DNA of 64,000 bases from the NCBI GenBank assembly GCA_965153285.1, contig OZ229117.1, one strand, 5' to 3'. Below, in pieces: positions 36,301 through 51,000 of this stretch. Both the position numbers and the translations under genes were made by a program. Positions within the stretch are counted from its first letter, which is position 1, and each line of letters starts with the position of its first letter. The DNA comes from Podarcis tiliguerta. Lineage: Eukaryota. Below the pieces are notes generated by a model, which made no database searches, had not been told where the DNA came from, and was given only the letters and a program-made list of their open reading frames with translations.

Positions 36301-39300
36301 CTATTCTCAGCTTGTCATTTTTCAAAGTGACAAGAACTTGTAGAATATAAAACATTATCTCTTCCTAGAATAGTGTCAAGCATTCGCTTAGAAAGCTTTT
36401 CCATGGGAATCCAATATCTGAAGTCAGTGAGCAGCAGCATATTATTAAAACTACAAATTTGGAAAGACCTCCAGTGCTTCAGTCTACTTAACTGGACACA
36501 TTCCAGAGACTTCCCTGCCAATTGGCGTTTGCTCCCAAATTTACAGCTGGCAAACAACCTCCTTAAACATTTCCAGGTCTTCCACAGAACTGTTTAATGT
36601 CTACCTTTAACACACCAACCACCTGACTTCAGACACAACACTCAGCAGCTTTGACCGCAGGGCGCAGAGTTATAAAATTTACAACTTTGTACGTTGAAAA
36701 AAACACAAGCTCAATGGCTAATATCTGCCAGAACTATTCGGAAGAGCAAAACTTTTGCTTAGGGCATAAAAAAATTGAAACAATGGACAAATTGAACTCT
36801 CTTGCACAAACAGCCCTTTTCCTTTCCTGTTAATTTTTATTTCAAAGTAAAAACAATAAATATTCTTAACCAGCTGTGCATCTATTTCTCTGTCTTGGTT
36901 TTCCTTCCTTCCCTTGGCTATTACTGATGTGTAAATGACTATGTACATTTGTGGATCATTGAAGCAATTCCTTGTAAATGTACATCAACACTTCCTTTAG
37001 GTCATCAAACTTCCTAGGGAGATTTTAGGCTGTAAACATGCATCTGGCAATTAGTACTAACTTGCAATTAATTACCTTGAATTACATTCAATGGATGTTT
37101 TAAAGATTTGCTCAGCCAGCAAATATGGAATGGCACGTAAAAGGTAAAGGTAAAAGACCCCTGGATGGTTAAGTCTAGTCAAAGGTGACTATGGGGTTGT
37201 GGCACTCATCTCACTTTCAGGCCGAGGGAACTGGTGTTTGTCCACAGACAACTTTCTGGGTCATGTGGTCAGCATAACCAAACCGCTTCTGGTGCAACGA
37301 ACACTGTGACGGAAACCGGAGTGCATGGAAATGCCATTTACCTTCCCGCCACAGCGGTACCTATTTATCTACTAGCACTGATGTGCTTTTGAACTGCTAG
37401 GTTGGCAGGAGCTGGGACAGAGAAATGGGAGCTCACCCCATTGCAGGGATTCAAACTGCCAACCTTTTGATTGGGAAGCCCAAGTGGTTTAGACCACAGC
37501 GCCACCCGCATCATGTATCAACTGTTTGGGTCTGCATAAAGTAACACTGTGGTTATAGATTCATAAAGCAGAATCATAAAGTTGGGAGGGATCTCAAAAG
37601 TCATGGAAGAGGCTGGGAACAAAACTAGAATTAGTTGCTTCTGCCTATCATTGACTCTGGCTCCATCTACTGCTGGCCATCTTGCCTTTTGCTTTAACCA
37701 GTACCAGTGAGCACCAGCCACTAATATTTAATACAGGAAGTCTAATGCTACAGTATCCTGATAGGTGGCTATCCAGCCTCTACTTAACATCCTCTAATGA
37801 AGTAGAGTAAATTACCTCCTGAGCCAATCTGCTCCACTGTCAAACAGTTCATACAAGCAGGATGTTCATCATTATGTTTAACCTCTTTAACTCTTTCAAC
37901 CATTTCTCATAGGATTTTGTTTCTAGAGAACTCACTATCTTGGTCACCCTCTTCTGGACACTGATCCAGAAGCTACACTCTGGAGCAACAGGCAACAGAA
38001 AGTGTGTGTGTGGGGGGGGCTCCTTCCTAGAACAAACTCCAGAAGGAGAATAAGGCTGTCAATGGCTACTAGCCCTGATGGGCTGCGCTAGTGGAAGTCC
38101 ATTATGCAACCAGAGTGCTACAAATGGATCTTGTCCAGAGGAGAAAATGCAGACTTCTTGCAGAGGGACTTTTCAGAATGACTGTGGAACACACTCAAAG
38201 AAACTTTAGGGTGGGCAACTCCGACTTGCGTGTACTGAGAAAAATCTTGAAATAGAAGACAGGGAGGTTTTATGTGCCTTGCTATTTCTAGAGGGCATTT
38301 AGAAAGCAAATCTTAAAAGTGACATGAAAAATGGAGAGTTCACACAAGCCCACCAAGGGCATTGACAGGAAAAGGTAGCCTTTGAAAGGTCCTCCTATGA
38401 TCTCATTTCTTCTTCAGCTGGCTTATATTTGTCATGGTATATATTTCTCGCTCCCTCTTCTTTTGTAAACATCATGTGCAAAAGGCACCCATTTAAAGGA
38501 TAGAGCCCATCTAATCTTTTTCACTTAAGCAGAACCCTTTTATCCCTTACATTGAATTTACATCTGTATCTCATAAGCCAGGCTTTGCTTTGTCCAACAC
38601 ACACTCTCTTTAGGGGAAATCAGAGCTAAATTATCATCTAGTAGCTAATAATAAAAGCAAGGCTTTCAAACTCCAAGCTGGCTTTCACCCAGTGACTGCT
38701 AGCCTAAATTATCAGCAAAGTCCTTCCACCTGGCTTCCTTTTTTCATTTTCCCATCACCAAAGAGGGGAAGAAATGATTTATCAATTTTAATTAGACATC
38801 TTTTCCTGCATTGATAATAGGTTCCCTTTTGCCTTGTCTCTTTTCTCTCTCCACCCTGAGTGAATGATTGCCACTTTGTTTAATGTCCCATCCCTCTCTT
38901 ACATGTTGCAGTGGAGATAAACTTATCCAGTTCTATGACAGTTTGGTAATTCTCTCATTCAGTATGAGACAGTTTTGTTGAAGGTTGCCATATTCCCATT
39001 TATATTGTGACAGGTCATAATCTTCTTCTTTTTTAACCGAAACCTTCTTAAAGTTTTCACACATGGCAGACCATTTCAAAAGATGGAAGCAGGTGGTTTT
39101 GTTATCAGATTAATGTTATTACTGATTGTTGCTCGAGTGCCTGGAGAAACTGATATAGGTCAAGCTATCAGACTTGAAATCTGAGGTTGAAACTATGCAT
39201 TAAGCTCGGGACTCTTTGCTCAGAATTTGATTTTATTTATAATCCAAATCAGCCTGGAGCAAGCTTCCTCTGAGTGGAAGCAAAGCAAATTGGGAGAGGC

Positions 39301-42300
39301 TGCTTAACTCTTTCCTCTCCTGGTATTGTTTAGCTCAAAAATAGGGATGGGCCTATCAGTCTATTTCTGTTCCATATCAACTTTACAAATGTTCAGTCCC
39401 AAGTCTGTTCCATCCCATTTTCTGGAGACTTTTAAAAAATAAGCACACACACACACACACACACACACATTTAAATTACACATATTTTTATACACACTCT
39501 TCTCTACAATAGTCACTTTGTGCACATTTTGCATGAATTTCACTCTGTATGCTTTCCTATGCATTCTGCCTAAAATATCCATTTGAGTACACATTTCATC
39601 CATAAAATATACATTTTCATATTCATTTTCAAACAAAATTGGTATCACAAAGGTTGGAGATGTCTACAATCCAATTGTTAACTGCATTCTAAGCATTCTA
39701 ATCTGCATATAAATCCAGAAACTGTAAATTAGGTTAGTTCACTTTAATGCGAACTGAAGAAAATTCTCCAACTCAAAATCACCCGCTCCAAACTGCTTTT
39801 TGCTCCCACAAGGGGAAAGATACTTGGTCTTTACATCTTTACTTAATCACTCTCAGTCTGCCTTTCTCCTACTTCAGAGCAATCTTCCCCCTGTTCCTTT
39901 GGGTTTACAAAACAAAACATATAGATGGAAGATTCACAGAATGCTGTTTGGCAAGTAGTTTAGACCTAAGGTGGGATGGGGAAGAATTTGATTCAGCTCA
40001 CATTTAAAGGTGAACCAACCTAATTTGCACTTTCTGAAACAATATGTGAAACAAAACAGCAATCTTTTAAAATTTGCAATTTTCTGAATTTTGCAATGCA
40101 GCTCTCTAGCCAAGTAATATGTACAAAAATGCATTTAGTTAAGTAAAGGAGAGCATACACAAATACAGTATATTAGGGGGGTTTCTGCAAAAATGTGTAT
40201 ATTAGGCAAAATTGCATAATAAATTAAATACTAAGAGAAAATCACAGTAAAATGCTGATGAATTTCATAAGGCCAATGCCCCCACCCCCACCCCTGGCAC
40301 ACTGACAGATAAATGTGGGGAACTGAATATAAGACTGGAGAAAATGAGAAGCAGAGAAACTGAAAGTGACAGATTTGCTCATCTCTAGATACATAATTCA
40401 CACACATAGAATTAGAAAATTGGAAAACAGAAATTGAACCCAAAAATGAATCCATGCTCAGACCTAGGATTGATCATGGCTTCGTTGTCTTTTTCTAAAG
40501 TCTTGAGTTTTAAGGCTAAGCTACAGTAAAAGCAATGATGAACCAGGAATGGGGTCCTCTTTGCCCAAAGCCAATCCACCTCCCATCTAAGTCTTTAAAC
40601 AAGTTTTATAAATTGAAACCAGATGACCTTAAATTACCTATGCTGGAATTTTAACAAAACGTTTTAGTGTTAAACATTTAACTGGATTACACATTTTTTA
40701 AAAAAAAAATATGCATGTCTCCACTTAAGGCAACTCATCTACATTACCAAAACCATGTGCTAAAAGCTGGCATTGATTTACAATACCAGGTGATCATTGT
40801 CCTATCATACGTCTACCATTTTGGTCTAGTTTCCACCCCCCAGTCAGAATCTGCCTATTTTTGCAGGATTAAGTTTGGAATCCACTAGAGAGATGCTATG
40901 TTTTAGTTGTATCTGTTTTTATAGGCTTCTGTAAATTCACAATCAGCAATCTATACATAATGCATTCTTTTGACATCAAGAAGCCTTGCAAAATGACACC
41001 CCATGTCCTGGCTACTTTAAACATCCATATACTTATTTTGCTAGTAGTAGCAAGAGGAGGAAGAGGAGGAAGAAGAAGCTGTAGTAGTAGCTGTAATCAC
41101 CATCACCACTGAATACAGTTGAACGTACTTCCAAGTTAAGATGCACAGGTTTGTACCTTTAGTGTTGAAAGTACTTCATGTCAATTATAGTTCAGTAATC
41201 TTTCAAACGGATGCGGGTGGCACTGTGGGTAAAACCTCAGTGCCTAGGGCTTGCCGATCGCATGGTCGGCGGTTCGAATCCCCGTGGCGGGGTGAGCTCC
41301 CATCTTTCGGTCCCAGCTCCTGCCCACCTAGCAGTTCGAAAGCACCCCTAAGTGCAAGTAGATAAATAGGTACCACTTTCTAGCGGGAAGGTAAACGGCG
41401 TTTCCGTGTGATGCGCTGGTGCTGGCTCGCCAGAGCAGCTTCGTCACGCTGGCCACGTGACCCAGAAGTGTCTCTGGACAGCGCTGGCCCCCAGCCTCTT
41501 AAGTGAGATGGGCGCACAACCCTAGAGTCGGACACGACTGGCCCGTACGGGCAGGGGTACCTTTACCTTTAATCTTTCAAACAGCTATCAGAACATCTTC
41601 AACATCAATATGAACTGCAGAAGTGAATGGTGGCCTTCAGGCTGACACATGATCTCCCCCCCCCCACCAGAGCATCTGAAGTTGCCCAAGTCTTTAGGCA
41701 ATGGAGGAATGAGGGCAAACACCCCTCACCCTGACCGGCAGGAACAATATTCTCTAGAACACCCAAGACTATTGTCTCATACCTCTGTAAACCATGCTTT
41801 TAAACCTTCCAGCATGACTATGCTAACAATCCTAAACAGGAAAATGGCTTCCGGTTCTTTTGTGTGATTTAACCTGTTGGGCAGATGCTGCACCAAGCTC
41901 AATTTGTCTGCATCAAGAAAAGAATGAGGAGAAGAAAGCTTACCTCAAATATGAGTGTCTCATTAGTTGGCCCAGTTGCAGAGAGCCTCTCTGGATGGCT
42001 AAACGAGCGCTGATACTCAAACATGGTCCCAGCAAAATAGAATTTCCCAGGCCAATCAATTGTCCAGTCTTTCGTTAGGTAATATTTTTTGCTCAAGTTG
42101 CGCACTGCAAGGTAGCTGCTAGACATCTGCACTTCCTGGATTTCAATGCTGCGGGCTCCTGCTGGAATCGTAACAATGGGGTAATAATCTAAAAGTTGGA
42201 GAAAATGTAGGATTTCATTCCAGTTGTAATGTAGGTTTTCATTCCAGTCGTAAAAGCATTTCCTTTTAATCAAACCAGAATATCACAGGCTTTTTTCTGT

Positions 42301-44983
42301 TGTAAAAGGTAAGACTATTATCCACAGATCATGGACCTTATCAGTTCTGCTCTAGGCAGGTAATAATTTCTGGTAATACAGAACCCTACTTACAATTTTC
42401 TGGCTACAATATGGCCATAGACAGGCAAGGCTTTGGGAATACAAGCAAGAACCAGAGCAAAATTTCCTTTGGGCAGGTTCTTGTAGTGCTGGCTGAAGGT
42501 GTTTGTGTTGGTCCACATGGATGCCCAGCACACGTCTCACAGGGGGCATTAATTGAGAAGGTTGCCACCACGCTAATAAAATTGGTGTTTATTGTGCTAT
42601 TAGTATATTGCAGTTGTCATGGCCTTTGGCTAACACAATAAACTTGTTTAGTTGAATCAAAAAATGAGCAGTGATATACTTTGGACATCACAGGACATTG
42701 AGATGCAGGCCTCAATCGACCTAGCAAGAGTGGAAGAGAAAACTTTATGACCCAGTTTTGAGGGAAGAAAGGGGGGTAGGGGGTCAATCATCCAAAATGA
42801 CTAAAGTCCAAGCATGTAAATTTTAAGTGCTCTATGTATTTGTAGAATTGCCAATGCCTCTCTTTGGGATGAGATGCGGCTGGGCAAAAGGTTGGTAGGA
42901 TGATCTACTTTTGTCGGTGAAAGGGTGAGTTTACCTGTGGAACCAAGAAAGGGTCCATTTTTAGGACAACTCTATCTCTGTGGAAGGTACAGATTTGCTG
43001 CTACACACACTTCTAACTTTTATCTCACCTTTTATCTCATCTCAGTTTTCCACATCGGGAATCCTGAACTATGAGAAATCACAGTGCAAAGGAAGATATA
43101 CCACAAAGTCCTAGCTCAATGGGTTTTCTTACCATTAGTTCTATGTTGGGTCAAATAATGGCCAGAGAAGAACTTGCATGTTGAATTATCTCCTTTGCAA
43201 ACTCCACATGCATCCAAAACAGCTTTAGATCCAAGCTGACGATCGCACCCAACTTGCTGCAACAAAGAAAACATGAGTACATTAAAAGGGTACGTTAGGC
43301 TGTTAGGCTATTCCCCCCCTCCCCAAGCTTGCAAAGTTCATTTTTAAAAGGAACAAGTTCTAGTTCTAATGCGACATGTCCAAAAAGGAATTAATTCTAG
43401 TTTACATTTGTTGCTTAACAAAATGAACAAGTTCAATTCACATTCAGTTCAGTTCACAGTTCAATTCAAGTTCATCCAAATTGTTCTCAGTCGTTTTTTT
43501 CCAGCATTCAGAAGGTTACAAGCTGCTGTGCTGAAGTAAAAAATATACTTAAGGCTAAGGGGGGGAGGGAAAACACATCATGAAATGTGAATTATTTCAG
43601 TTATTTTCCCCAACAGTTATGATCTTTCAGCTTAAAGGTCAAATGAGTCTGAAGAAGAAGAAGAAAAATACATGTAAGAGAATGACCTACAAGATAAGGA
43701 GAACAGGGGTCTCTAAACAAATTTCAGCACCTTTAAGCTACAGCTCCCAAAATTCTTTGGAGAAAACCATGAGTGTTTAAAGTGGTATCATAGCATGTTA
43801 AATGTATATGCAGAAAAGGCGTCAGTTCCATTGGTTCATACAGTCCTGTATGCCATTTGGCTGAAACTACCTGAGTTTTCAGACAAAGATGATTTTCCAT
43901 TGCCTGCTACCAACATACTCTTTTTTTAAACTGGGGGTGCCAAGGATTGAAGGTGGGACCTTGTGCATGCAAAACATTTGCTCTACCACTGAGCTGTAAA
44001 AAAGCAAAGTGGCAAAGAGAACTTTTAGCTTAACCTTACTTCACAAATCCCGTCAATGCACACATCATCTCTGTACAGGGAGCAAGGGGTTCCATCTTTT
44101 ACTCGGTTGGACATTGCAAAGAAAAAGTCAAAGTCTTCTGCAGTGCAGTATAGTTTGCAGCGATCTTCCTCTGAAAAGACATTAAAAGGGCAAATTATGG
44201 AGTAGAATTATTAAACAGTGTTGCCATTCCATCCTGGAGATGGATGACAGCACAAGGAATAAAATGGACAGAAGTAGCCAGAACATTTGTGTAATTAATC
44301 ACACTTTTCTGAATGGTCAGCAAATTGGAATATACCTTACCACCTGGCCACACCAACACACATCCCTCCCCCAATTCAAAATAAGGGACAGGCAGGCTGA
44401 AGATGAATTTGTGATTTTTATCATTCATTATTTATCAGTATTATATTTATATTCCTCCAACATAGCATTCATTGGGTGACCTGGGGCTAGTCACACTTCT
44501 CTGAAGTCTCTCAGCCTCACTCACCTCACAGAGTGTTTGTTGAGGGGGAGGAAGAGAAAGGAGAATGTTAGCCACTTTGAGACTCCCTTCAGGTACTGAT
44601 AAAGCGGGATATCAAATCCAAACTCTTCTTCTTCTTGCCATGTTAACCTCACAGCAACCCCAAGGGTTATGTTAGGCTGAGAGAGAATGACTGGTTCGAG
44701 GTCACACAGTAAACTTCATGGCTGAGTAGTGATTTTAACCCTGATCACCCAGGTCTTAGTCCACTTAATATCCCTCAAAGTTCATGGACACTTTCCAGCC
44801 AGGAAAAACACCTAAGGATGCAAAGCTGGGCTAGTGAGGTATGTGGCCAGGGGAGAGGGGAGAGGCTGTGTGACTAGGGAGGAGGTGTGGCCTGGGGAGA
44901 GACCTGAGAGACAGATAGAGGCCTGAAGCTCACTTCCTCTGCTGTTGGACAACACAATATAATGGGTGGGGTATAAATAATAA

Positions 44984-45019
<36 letters not shown>

Positions 45020-48000
45020 ATCCCCCATATTCCTGCTGGGAAAACAGGGTGAAATGGAGTGGTTCCTTAGGACCACCTGGTGGGTTCATGGCAGAGGTGA
45101 GATTCAAACTAGGGGCTTCCTGATTTGCAGCTTTGGTTTGGATCTAACGAAATGCTACTTAGTCTTGACTCATGGAAATTAATGAACTTAAGCTATTGAT
45201 GTCCACTTACTTCAAGGGGTCTGCTTTGATTATGACTAGCATTAGCTGCAACTCTCAGTTTCTCAGCCACTACATTACAGTCATTCTCCTCCAGCTACAT
45301 CTCTCTTTATGGACTGTCAGATTAAGTAAAGCTTTAGATGCCTGATCTTTTCATAAACAACATTTCTCTGTGTTGTTGTCAACAGCTTATACTGCTGCCG
45401 CTGTTGTTATTAAGGATTTTATTGTCGATTTTCTGTAATTTGATGGAGAGTGTCTTGAGGGTCTGTTAGACCCTAGAATTTTGAACGAATAATGCAAGAC
45501 ATATCAGAAACTGGTTGCATGCTGTTCCTGGCTTACCTTCCACTTTCATGTAGGGCTTCCACTTATAGTACCATCCACGGAATGGTTTGCTGTTATATTC
45601 AGCACACTGTTGGGCACGGAAGTCAGGGCTACTAGACATGCATGGTTGAACATTGCAAAGTTGATATATGCGACTTGAGCCCTGACAGAATTTGCCACCA
45701 TACTGAGGCCTATGGAGAAAGAAAAACATTTTTGCAAGACCAAACACAGAGCAGATAATCAACTTTTACATGCATATCATTACAGTGGTACTTGGTTTGC
45801 ATACGTTTTGGATTACAAACATGTCAAACCCAGAAGTGTGTGTCCCAGTTTGCAACCTTGTTTTGGTTTACAACCCTTTTTCTTTTCTTTTTTGGATTAC
45901 GAACATTTTTTGGGGGGGATGCCCCATTGGCGAAAGCGCGCTTTGGGTTACAACCTGTTTTGGTTTACAAATGGACCTCCAGAACGGATTATGGTTGTAA
46001 ACCAAGGTACCACTGTATATCTACTTCAATTGTAAGCAACATCAAAGTAAAAATTCTAATCCAAGAAGCTTTGTTTCAGATCCTGAGTTTTGCTTCATTA
46101 ATCAAAAGAATGAGGCTAGAACATGCCATCTGGTAAGAACCAATATACGTTCAACAAAATGATTTGTTACCTGATAGGTCATTGCATCCTGAATAAAATC
46201 AGGAAACACTCTCTTGTTTTGGATCAACTTATCTTCCATATCCAGGAGGTAAGAACATAAGAGAAGTCTGCTGGAACAGACCAATGGCCCATCTAGTCCA
46301 GCATCCTCTTCTCAAAGTGGCGAAAAGCATTCTCATCCCACTTACGGCTCCCAGCAACTGGTATTCAGAAGCAATCCTACCTCCAACTGTGGAGGCAGAG
46401 CATAGCCCTCATGCCTAGTAGCCATGAATAGCCTAATAGTCATCAATAGCCCTCTCCTCCATGAATTTGTCTAATTCTCTTTTAAAGCCATCAAGGTTGC
46501 TGGCCATCACTGCCTCCTATGAGTTCCATAGTTTAACTATGCACCCCATAAAAAAGTACTTCCTTTTCTCCCTTCAATGGAAGTCAGCATGTGAACATAG
46601 TAAGTTTCCTAATCCAGTCAATCACTGAACATTTATTTATTATTTTACACTTAAATAGCTTTGGGAAGAGGAGCAGTGGTAGAGGGGTATGAACTCTCTC
46701 CTATTTCTTTTATCTATGGTTTCAACCAGAATTTGTTTGCTGGTAGGGCAGAGTCACTATGCTAGCCTCCTGGCTTGTTGGACACCTTAGCTTACTGAGG
46801 GAGTCAGGGACAAGTGTGTGGGGAGGCCAGCATATGTAGCTGTATCTCAAACGTATCTCAAACACATTACAGCTGTAGGGTAATTGTTACCAAGATCACA
46901 ATACACAGGGAGGGATGATTTATACTTTCTCTCTTCAGCTGTAACACCCATACCTCTGAATATTACTGCAACACACACACATGACTACAAGGCATAGCTG
47001 GANNNNNNNNNNNNNNNNNNNNNNNNNNNNNNNNNNNNNNNNNNNNNNNNNNNNNNNNNNNNNNNNNNNNNNNNNNNNNNNNNNNNNNNNNNNNNNNNNN
47101 NNNNNNNNNNNNNNNNNNNNNNNNNNNNNNNNNNNNNNNNNNNNNNNNNNNNNNNNNNNNNNNNNNNNNNNGTAATTGGCCAGAAATAATTTGGCTCCAC
47201 TGGTCACTGAACTTCTACATATCATGCAACTTTTCCTCGACTGACCTAAAGAAGGTTCTCCCACAGGTCTGATTTCACAATGCATTCATTGAGCAAGCAA
47301 GATCAGTTTTGTTCCAGTTTTTTTTTTTTTTTTTTTTTTGTCTTCAAATGTCATCAACCACCCAAGCATGTATTCTAAATACACACATGTCATGTAGTCA
47401 GCCCTGGGCTGATCTTGGTTGACCTGATACAGGACCCCTTACATTATATTAAATTGCGCTGGTACATGACAAGGAGAAATGTTTCCAAATTAACCCACCA
47501 TATTTACTCAACAGTGGTGCTCAAATCCCTGTATAGATAGTTACCACTGAATGTTAAGTCAGTTACATACAACAGAACTGAGGCCCTATTTTGAGGTATT
47601 AGAAATACATATCTCTTAATATCCTATTCAGTTGAATCCATCATGGGGGGAAATTGTTAACATATGTAGGACAGAAATCCAGGTGTGTGTGAGATATATA
47701 TACAAACACACACACACACACTATATATATATATACATATATCCTCTGCTCAGACTTAGCATTATAATTCTTGTATTATTACAAAACAAGCTGGAACATG
47801 TTTCCATGGTTTGTGTGCCTTGAAAGCTAGAATTCTGATTCAGAATATCCTCTTGCAACCACTGGCAATTGATTAACATTGGATCTATTTTTTTATTAAA
47901 TGTGAAGTTCTTGGTTCTGGCCTAAATTCTTGCAACCCCCTCCCCCAATCCTACCCCCACAAACAGCCTCTATATGAATCTGAGGCTGTGCAATAGTAAG

Positions 48001-51000
48001 CATATTCGTCTTGCAGATTGATCATGTTATATTCTGCATATTCATAGTCCAGTGCCCACTTGATCAGATTCAAATGGGTCCTAGTAATCTTTATGCCCCA
48101 ATAAATCTGTTAAAACTTTATGGTGCAATAAATCTGCAAACCTTGAAGATGCCAGCAGACAGTCTTGCTTTTACTACAACCTGCTCACATTCTGAAGTGG
48201 GAAACATTTATTTTTTGGAGTTTGTAATTATCAGTGTGGCATAATGGTTAGAGTCAAGGGTGCTAACTTCAATAAAATATGGTGGAGGGGGCAGGTAAGC
48301 CCCACCTCACTTAATCGAACACAAGATACAGAACATGTACTTTTGGTGGCCCCTCAAATATTTTATTGGGTGGGTGGGTGAAGGAATCTTGGCCCTTAGG
48401 AGTTGGCTCCCATGGTTACACTATTGGACTAGTAACCAGGGACCCCTACTAAGCCATGCAGCTCATTGGGTGAACTTGAACCAGTCATGGTTGACATGTC
48501 TAACTACATCACAGTGTTGTTGTGAAGACAAAATGGGGAGAGGGGGGGAACCATGTGTGCCACTTTGATCTTCTAGTTGGAAAGATGGGATATAAATGTT
48601 AGAAATAATGTAAGTTGAATTAATAAACAAGATAGGAGCTTAGGCTGCAATCCTACATACATTTAGCTGGGAGCAAGCACAACTGAATTAAATGGGACTA
48701 AATTCTGTGTTGGGGGACGCGGGTGGCACTGTGGGTAAAACCTCAGCGCCTAGGACTTGCTGATCGCATGGTCGGCGGTTCGAATCCCCGCGGCGGGGTG
48801 AGCTCCCGTCATTTGGTCCCAGCTCCTGTCCACCTAGCAGTTCGAAAGCACCCTTAAGTGCAAGTAGATAAATAGGTACCGCTTTATAGCGGGAAGGTAA
48901 ACGGCGTTCCGTGTGCTGCCCTGGTGCCGGTTCGCCAGAGCAGCTTTGTCACGCTGGCCACGTGACCCGGAAGTGTCTGCGGACAGCGCTGGCTCCCGGC
49001 CTCTAGAGTGAGATGAGCGCACAACCCTAGAGTCTGTCAAGACTGGCCCGTACGGGCAGGGGTACCTTTACCTAAATTCTGTGTAGAATTTGTTAAATTC
49101 TGTGTATTTGTTAAAGTCCCATTTGAAGCCATCCTATACTTAGGATGGCTTCAAATGGGACTTTAACAACTAAAGAGGGGCACAGATCTGTCAGTGCCTC
49201 TTAGTTCCAAGAGGTGAATGGAGCTTCTTCCAGGTTCACAATCAGTAAATCTATGAATACCAGTTGATGGCGTGGGGAGGGAGAGAGACATTGGGGGGGA
49301 GCCTATTGCTTCCCTGCGTTGCATTGCTTGAGAACTTGCTAGAAGCTTTTGGCTAGATTCTGTGTGAAACAAGATGCTAGACTAGATGGGCCTTCAGTTT
49401 CACCCGCTAGGCCCCTGCTTACATTCTTATGGTCTATTAAAGTCACACCTCTTCAAAGTAAGCATGGTCATGCCTGGGCTATTAAAGCTCTATATTTTCT
49501 GTATAGAGTCAAAGGTTTATGGAATTCCATGCTTGCACCATCCCTCCAGTATTAGACTAATTACTGTTTTTAGTTGTACACTCCAATTTCATTTGCAGCC
49601 CTCCTGATCACTCATCAAGCTACAGCATGCAGCAAATAAAAAGTACATATGTTGAAGCTCTTTTGTTGCTTTGGTAGATTTTTTTTTTAAGTACAAGCAC
49701 ATCTAAAATTGCATTCTAATATTTTTGTGAACAATACACTATTATGCAGCAGGTAAGACTCAATCCTACATATATGAGTTACTATGAGCGTTTGTCTCCA
49801 GGGCTCTCTTCATGTTCTTTACAGCCAAGCTATTAAATTATGTAATCTATTTCTTTCTCAGAGACAAATATCTCGATTGTAAAATGTTGTGATGTATGGG
49901 AAACAGATCCACGAATTTACACTACAGCAGCTTGTAGAAACATAATGATTTTAGCAAATCTGCATAGTTCTGTTGTACTGTGGATGACCTCCAAAGGTGT
50001 TTGGTGCTGTAAGGTCGTATGTAATGCCATGAGATGTTCAGAATACCAGGGCCAATTTTCTTACAAGCTCAACACATTCCATTTATATTGTACATTCTAA
50101 TGATAAAATTGCTGATTATGCCGGGGGGGGGGGGCTAGAATCATAACTTTAAACACAAAAGGTTATGAGAAATTGTAGGCTCAGACAACAGCCCCACAAT
50201 AGGAGCCATGTGGTCACCATGTGGGAGGAATCAATGGAACTAGGATTGTCTGACTGTACATGCAATGAACTCCATAGTATGTACTAATTGGACAAAACAG
50301 AATAATGAGAATTATTTATTTATTTGGACTTTTCCATACCACCCTTCATCCAAGGATCATAGAGCAGTTTACAATATAGAAACACAAAAGGACATTACAT
50401 AGTAACAAACAAAAACAATACCCCCTTCCTTTGCTTACAGTTTAAAAGTCCATAGATTCTTTAATTAGCCAAAGGCCTGAGAGAATAGGAATATTTTTGC
50501 CTGGCACCTAAAGATAAGTAACAGAAGTGCCAGGTGAGCCATCCACGAATGCTAATGAATCACTATGGCACAAAAAAAGATTAAAAGGTTCCTACCAAAT
50601 ATATGGGGTGGGACGTGGGTGGCGCTGTGGGCTAAAGCCTCAGCGCCTAGGGCTTGCCGATCGAAAGGTCGGCGGTTTGAATCCCCGCGGCGGGGTGCGC
50701 TCCCGTTCTTCGGTCCCAGCACCTGCCAACCTAGCAGTTCGAAAGCACTCTCGGGTGCAAGTAGATAAATAGGGACCGCTTACTAGCGGGAAGGTAAACA
50801 GCGTTTCCGTGTGCGGCTCTGGCTCGCCAGAGCAGCGATGTCACGCTGGCCACGTGACCCGGAAGTGTCTTCGGACAGCGCTGGCCCATGGCCTCTTTGA
50901 GTGAGATGGGCGCACAACCCTAGAGTCTGTCAAGACTGGCCCGTAAGGGCAGGGGTACCTTTACCTTTACCTACCAAATATATGGCAATATTAATTTTCT

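Noticed and set aside
46935-47285. ORFs spanning the N run
   Set aside because: Gap artefacts.
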